A stretch of 64,000 nt of DNA from Pseudogymnoascus verrucosus (Eukaryota): assembly GCA_001662655.1 (NCBI GenBank), contig KV460212.1. One strand, 5' to 3'. A program made the translations under genes and the position numbers. The notes under the pieces are model-generated. The model had not been told where the DNA came from and did not search any database. It worked only from the letters and a program-made list of their open reading frames with translations. Positions 57,767-64,000 of this stretch are shown piece by piece (within the stretch, counting starts at the first letter, position 1; each line of letters begins with the position of its first letter).

Positions 57767-58746
57767 ATGCACGCCATACTCGTCTGGATCTTGTATCCCT
57801 TCCTCTTCACCGCCGCCCTCGCCATGTTCTTCTTCGGCCTGTCTCTGGTGCTCCCCCAGGCTGGCTTCGTAGCGCGCATCCTCGTGTCATATCTTGCCCT
57901 CGTTGCGTGCGCCATATACGGTGTCACAGTCTCTCTCATCGCCCGGCCGTTCGGGCTCCAGCACTCTGCCCAATACGCCACCGGACGGGCCTTCGAGTTC
58001 GTGATGAAATACGGGGCCGGCATAAACGTTATCATTGAGGACCCCGAGAACTACTTGAACACCGTTCGCCCCGCTGTCTTCATCGGTCCTCACCAGACCG
58101 AGCTCGACATCCTCATGCTCGGCGCCGTCTTCCCGACCCACTGCTCCGTGACTGCCAAGGCCAGCTTGAAGCGTATTCCTGTCCTAGGCTGGTTTATGGC
58201 CCTGTCCGGGACGGTTTTCATTGACCGTGGCAACTCGAAGAGTGCCAGAGGCGCGATGCAAGGCGCTGCGGACGAGATGAAGCGCAAGAGCCAGAGTGTG
58301 TGGATGTTCCCTGAGGGTACCAGGAGTTACGCCGAGGAGCCAGGGCTGCTGCCTTTCAAGAAGGGCGCCTTCCACTTGGCTGTACAGGCCGGAGTACCGA
58401 TCGTACCGGTTGTCGTCGCCAACTACTCCGATGTGCTGTTTGTGAAGAAGTACCGGTTCAACGGTGGCAACCTACGCGTGAAGGGTAAGACATACCTCCA
58501 CTTCCGCTGGGGAGAATTTATACTGACTTTTCCACAGTGCTCAAGCCTATTGAGACGAAGAACCTCACATCCGAGGATGTCGACGAGCTGGTTATCAACA
58601 CCCGCAACACCATGATCACGACAATGGCTGAGTTGACCGCCAAACAACGCGGAAAGCCAGTCCATATCGACCCAAAACTCGGACTATCAAATGTGGGCGT
58701 TGTGAAAGCGAGCGGTGTTGAGGCGACAACGTCGGCTCTGCCATGA
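57767..58746 (+). CDS. SLC1: 1-acyl-sn-glycerol-3-phosphate acyltransferase
   Basis: HQTELD, VFIDR, FPEGTRS, PFKKGAF and VPIVPVV. Intron 58485-58537. Confidence 0.93.
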
Positions 58747-60819
58747 TAGACATTATGATTCATGTTTAACTATACAATGACGAATTATTAAGAGGGTTGG
58801 CGCAAGCATACGTCGGGACGCCAATACCTGGGGTCGGGATACAGTGGGAAGGGGGATGAGGTGGTAAAGGGGTTAGATGGCCGGAAACATAGACCATGGG
58901 AGGCGATGGGGAATGTGGCTGGGACTACCATAGAGGTGCATCATGACAATGATACCCGAGCAGGTTGAGGCGAGCGGAGTATAGGTTAGATCACAGTTTA
59001 TTAAAATCAAGTACTTATTCACCAACCAGCCGCGACTATAGTTTCCAAGGCCCTTTTAGGCCCGCCGGTTGTCCAGTTATGGGAAACGTGATATTGAGAC
59101 TTGTTATTAGGATTATTTCTAACCTCCTCCAAGGCGTTCTGGGGGGTTCCACAACCGTTCATACGCCCTCAACTCCTGTTCTGAGGACAGACACCGACGC
59201 CGCATATTGGAACTATTCGCACTTGTCACTTGCGAAGTTTACGGAGGAGCGCTATTGAACAAACAAACGTTAGGACCCGAGTAGATGTAAAACCCTACAC
59301 CATTGCTTTCCTGTTCTTGCCGTCATCTCGTTCTTACCATCACCTTATTCCTCCTGTCATCTCATTCCTGCCATCATCTCATTCCTCCCGCCATCGTTTT
59401 CTCACAGTCATCTGTTCCTACTACACAACCTCAAGCGTACCAAACCTTATCCCGCCAGCCTGATCACCCGGATTTCGACATCCCATCCCCATACTGTTTC
59501 GCACTTCTTTGCAGAAAAGCCTGTCTTATGCTCGCCGAATTAGTCCTTCGCACCTCCTTTTGTAGTAAGGAGAGGGAAGATCTGTAGCGGAGATTGTGCA
59601 AGTTGTGCCCACCAAATCCCGTCCTCTGGCTACAAAGTTGACCAGGAGCAAGATGGAAAGACAAGACTATGAGACAGTAGACAGCAGAGAGTATACACAT
59701 CACATAACATCACATTACATCACAGAAGAACCCAAGACACAAAGATATTGAACGAATCCATTCGATTCAAGTCCAAAAAAGTTGGACGATTTGGTAGCAC
59801 TGATCAGCCCGTAGCATCATCAAGCATCCCACAACGCCTAATTACCCAGTCCAAACATACATACAACCACCTCCAACCCCCTTCATTGTAACCCTTCCAC
59901 CCCGGCGCCCCGTTCGGGGCGTCCTGTAGTCGTTACTTATTCACAGTCCCCCGCAATTTTCATTACCCCCAGCCAGTCTGCCAAACATCCCCCTAGCACA
60001 CCACACCAGCCAACTGAGCCGAGAGAGTCCCCCTCCCACCCTGTGCAACAAAAAACAACCGTTACAAGCCATGCTTTTAGGATCCCAAAACAAAATCAGT
60101 GAAAGAAGCGCTTCCTCCCAAGTATCCATGCCCGAGCACACAGCACAAATAAAAACGCCCGTGATAAAAACGCCGCTGCAAAAAGAGCAGAAAAAGCAAA
60201 AATTCCCCCTTTCTCAAAAAATAATGCCCGAGAAACCGACGATTTCCCGCCGCCCATAAAAACCATGATGCCAAATCTGTTGCGCACTTTGGAAAAGACC
60301 GCTAGCGCCTCGCTCAAGATGTGATTTGTGAGCAACCCAAACAAGAAAAATTGGAGAGAAAAAGAACATTAAAAAAGCAAGTTTCATGCTATGCCGATAT
60401 GCCGGTTGGTGTGCCGGTGATGTGAAGGGTGAGTAAAGATTTCAAAATCCGCACGAATTCCATTTTCGGGTCCAGGACGAAACCCGTTCTGCTGCTGTCG
60501 CATGTGGTGGAGGAGAGTACGGGATGTTGGTTCAAAAGACATGCAAGAAGCGCGCAAGTGCATCAAAAGTAGGAAGTGCGTCTCCCATACGAAATGCCTG
60601 TCGTAGCCCGTGAATGAGTTGCGGGTTTGTTTGTGGGACACGAGTCCCGAGTTTACTGTTTCGTTGTTCCAGAAAAGAACGGCGTCGAGGTACCATCAGT
60701 GAAGAGGTCCCTCGAATTCGGATCATCGAACGTAGATAGCACGCTGGTACCGGCGGTTGCAACTGCCCGGGGTCATTTGCAATTGGCCAGTCCAATTTCA
60801 CACCGTCTTCGTTGATCGA

Positions 60820-63139
60820 TCATCCTCGGATTGCTGTCGGTGTATGAGCTTCGTTGAACACAGAGGCGCTGTGAGCGTCATAAGGATACATCCGAGACGT
60901 ACTCGTGACAAAACCAGTCATAGGAGCTGGAGAAACAGAGCGTTGAATGGTCCCAGATCCGCTCCTACTCGCCATAGCAGGCCGCTGCACCATTTGCATC
61001 ATGAGAGGCGAACTATTGTCTGGGGAAGAAGTCTCGGAGTCGACCACGTAGCCAGTGTTGCTATCATTGTTTCCATCATACTGGGCAGGACGCGAATTTA
61101 AAGTCCCATCCTTCAATGGCGGAGAGTTCTTCGCAGATCCAAACTAGAACAGTCAGCGTCTAAATTCCTTCCTGGTCGCGCCGAATGGTACGTACAAAGC
61201 AATACTTGTCGAGGAGTTCGTTGTAGGATTGGGATGCCAATGGAGGCTGCTCAGCCCCATTAAGTCTGAGAGAGCTAGATCCGGTGTGGTGGCCTAGAGG
61301 AGCCCCAACGGGCCGGGATGATGCCAGCTCAGCGGTCGACTTGGTAACAGGGGATGCGAGAGGCTTCAGAGGCTGCCTATGCTGCGTTGGCTTTCGACGA
61401 ATTTCAGGTCGGTCACCTCTATTGGCAGCCTTGATAGCAGCTGATATGGACACGCCAAAATCATAGCGGTTGGAGAATGCCTGGCCACTTGGGCTTGGAG
61501 CCTTCTTCGCTAGACTATTGGTGCTCAGAGTGACCTCAGACCGCACCCCCTTTAACCTTCCATTCCCGGCTCCAAAGTTGCTGGACTGTGTTGAATAGGG
61601 GAATCGGTACTTCGTAGCAGGGTTATCAAATCCATCTGCAAAATCATCCTCGAAGGTAGTTGGAGTTCGTCGACTCGACGGTCTATTGCCACTTCTGGGA
61701 AGACCGGTAGTTTGTCGGGAAGATGAGCCTTGGGTAACCTTCTTGCCGTTCATCGGCTTCATCTTCTTCCTGAAGTCAACTTGGAAGTTGGTATTGTTGT
61801 TGTTGTCCCAATATTCCACGCCGTTGACGCAGTACTTGACGCAGAAGAACATTGTCTTTGCTTCCAAGTTGGCCAGGTCGGCGAGCTTAATTGTGAAGTT
61901 GAACCGATCATACCCGTCATTCTGGAGTTTCCGACGCACGTCGTTGGTGTATTCTGCGAGGACTTCGGAGGTTGTCTTCCAGTAGTCGAGAGTGAAACGA
62001 GCGACGACGGACTTGTTGAATGCTAGGTTGGCAACAGCAACTGAACCGATCAGCATCTTGTTATCACTCGACAGGTAGAACCTTTCCACGCGGACAGGGA
62101 GCTGTAATCTATCGTATGTCTCTGCGGGGAAATTGGCCAGCGTGATCTCCCACTCGAATGGAAGACGGTCTTGGCCCTCCTCGTCACTAAACGGAAACTC
62201 GGAGTCGCTGGCGTAAGATTCAACAGGTGACGATCCAGCACTGACGGCAAGAGGTCGGTCAACCTGTAGGAAATGGCGGATGTGTTCGAGGTGAGAATCG
62301 AAATGAACGGCTTTGGAGAACGTCGGTGTGCCGGGCATGCTAGAAGGCCTCCGTCTTGATGATGGTCGAAGTGCGGGGCGAACGAGCTCACCAGACTTCT
62401 TGCGAACCATTGGAGGTTTCAGAGACAGGCTGCCTTCGCTATCGTCGGTGTCATCATCGTCAGTCTCGGTGATGGGTGTCTCGGCCTGCTGCTGGTGCCT
62501 CATCTCGTTGAGGTATAGAGAGGTGTCTGTGTTAGAGCGGGAGTGGGAGATCTTGATAGCCGATTGTGAGAGCTTCTGCCCAGGATTCCCATTTGTAACT
62601 TCCAAGTTGTCTGGCTGTGGCCGCACGATGAGACTCAAAGATTTCCCTGCATGCTTGGCCTCTGTATCGTCATCACTTGGTGAGCTGGCTCGGTGTTGCG
62701 CAAGGTTCCTGATCGCAGCCTGGAGTTCGGAAAGCTTCTCGATCTGCCTTCCTCTCGGCTTTTCCGACTCCTCATCATCACTCGAGTTCTGTGCAGACTC
62801 GGGCGGGGACAGTATAACCCCAGATGGCAACTTAGACTCGTCAGTCACTGGAGGCGGAGACTTGCGGAGGTTGAGGTTATGTTGCAAGCTGTTCCTCTCT
62901 CGGTCAGTCATAGGAAGTGCAGTGTCGGCGCCGTCGTTGGTTACGAATGAAGCTGACTTGACTGAGGGTGTCCTGCGGTGACGGGTCAGGTATGATGCCG
63001 ATCGCGGTAATTCCGGTCTTTGGGAGACTGGTGATGAAGGAACCGGCTGGCCCGGTAAACATGAACCTCTCCGGCTGGTTGCGGGAGAAGACGGGCCAGA
63101 GGACGCGGGGGAACGCTGGCTGGGGGGTGTGTAAGGCAT
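60820..63139 (-). CDS. GAC1: Protein phosphatase 1 glycogen-targeting regulatory subunit with CBM21 (Gac1-like)
   Basis: MPYTPP, VRKKSGELVRPAL, RVxF-type SKAVHFD and CBM21 (VANLAFNKSV..RFTLDYW..DRF.F..YWDNN..NF). YNELLDKYCF|FGS spans intron 61144-61195. Confidence 0.92.
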
Positions 63140-63919
63140 TCGTACGGCTGATATGGGCAATATCAAAAGGGCGAAGGGGGGGTTATAGGAAGATGTTGAT
63201 TCTAATCGACGAGGTTTGTCGAGAAGATTGTCTAATTCGTAACAAGCATGGGGGGTTTATGTTCGAATATATATAGGACCTCGAGTCGTTGAACCTAGAG
63301 AAAAGAAGCACTTCGCGTCAGCCAAGAAGTGCCATTATAGGGAAGAATATATTTGAGGGGCAACGGGGGAACAAGGCGAGGAAATGAAAGGATGATAAAT
63401 GTGTTATGCGCGCGAGGTGAGAGGTATGTGGCGAGGATACTTACGACGAGTCCCAAATTTATCGCTCGACGGCGAGTTGTTTGCTGCGTAAGAGAGAGAG
63501 AAGGAAGGTTCGACCGGAGAAGTTTTAAACACGGCGTATTCCAGCTACGTGCAAACTTCCGGCGAGGAAAGAGCGAGGGGCGGCGATGCCGGAGAGTCGT
63601 GGGTGTTCCAGAGACTCGGTGTTGACGCGGGCAAAGACACAACCTGGGGAAAGGTTTCAAATGAACTTTTATAGGACCAGTTTTATTGTCTTGCCTGGCC
63701 CTCCAGAGAGCGTGGGGAAGACTCTTAATAGAAGCGTTGGTGGGAATTGATTGGAGGCGATAGTGTCTCAGCGGCGATGACGTCTACTCGTGAATAACCT
63801 CGCTTGACCTCTTTTTCTGGAACACTGAATGACAAGAGAAGTCAGATGAAAGAATCAGATGAGGAATAAAATATTTCAACGTGGGAGGCTGGCGATGGCC
63901 TAGATAATAAGTATGGCCA

Positions 63920-63980
63920 GAAGAAGAGGAGGAGGAGGAGGAGGAAGAGGAGGGGAAGTTGAGGAGGAGGAGAAGAGGGT
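63920..63980. repeat. Purine-rich (GAG/GAA)n microsatellite
   Basis: gaagaagaggaggaggaggaggaggaagaggagggg...gaggaggaggagaagaggg. Confidence 0.7.
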
Positions 63981-64000
63981 AGGTAATTATTGGAGAGCAA

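Noticed and set aside
52149..58746. TAZ1 and SLC1 acyltransferases as a lipid gene cluster
   Set aside because: They are separated by unrelated housekeeping genes; proximity is probably incidental.
59904..59923. GC-rich hairpin CGCCCCG-TT-CGGGGCG
   Set aside because: Too short and context-free; bacterial-type terminators do not apply to this eukaryote.

Overview
Eukaryotic, intron-containing DNA from a filamentous ascomycete (Pezizomycotina). Introns are short GT-AG with CTAAC-type branch points. A Leotiomycete is my guess and cannot be verified here. The window holds about 19 intact protein-coding genes and 3 pseudogenes. Housekeeping genes: DOA10/SSM4 ERAD E3 ligase, BolA, arginyl-tRNA synthetase, ANT1-like carrier, NOSIP-like RING protein, tafazzin, Snx41/Atg20-type sorting nexin, SNO1/PDX2, SLC1, a GAC1-like PP1 subunit and several low-complexity hypothetical genes. 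An accessory-looking block at about 24-38.7 kb is bracketed by two pseudogenes. It contains an M20 amidohydrolase, a GH31, a DUF4202 protein, a GH13 alpha-glucosidase, a sugar porter, and an intronless secreted GH42-like/NPCBM/CBM32 protein of bacterial-type architecture. The two best leads are (1) a tandem pair of MLLE/PABC (poly(A)-binding-protein C-terminal) domains inserted in the Doa10 ligase and (2) the PUL-like carbohydrate cluster with its uncharacterised secreted glycosidase. No tRNA, rRNA, CRISPR array or intact transposon was recognised. All family calls come from motif recognition by eye, not from database searches.
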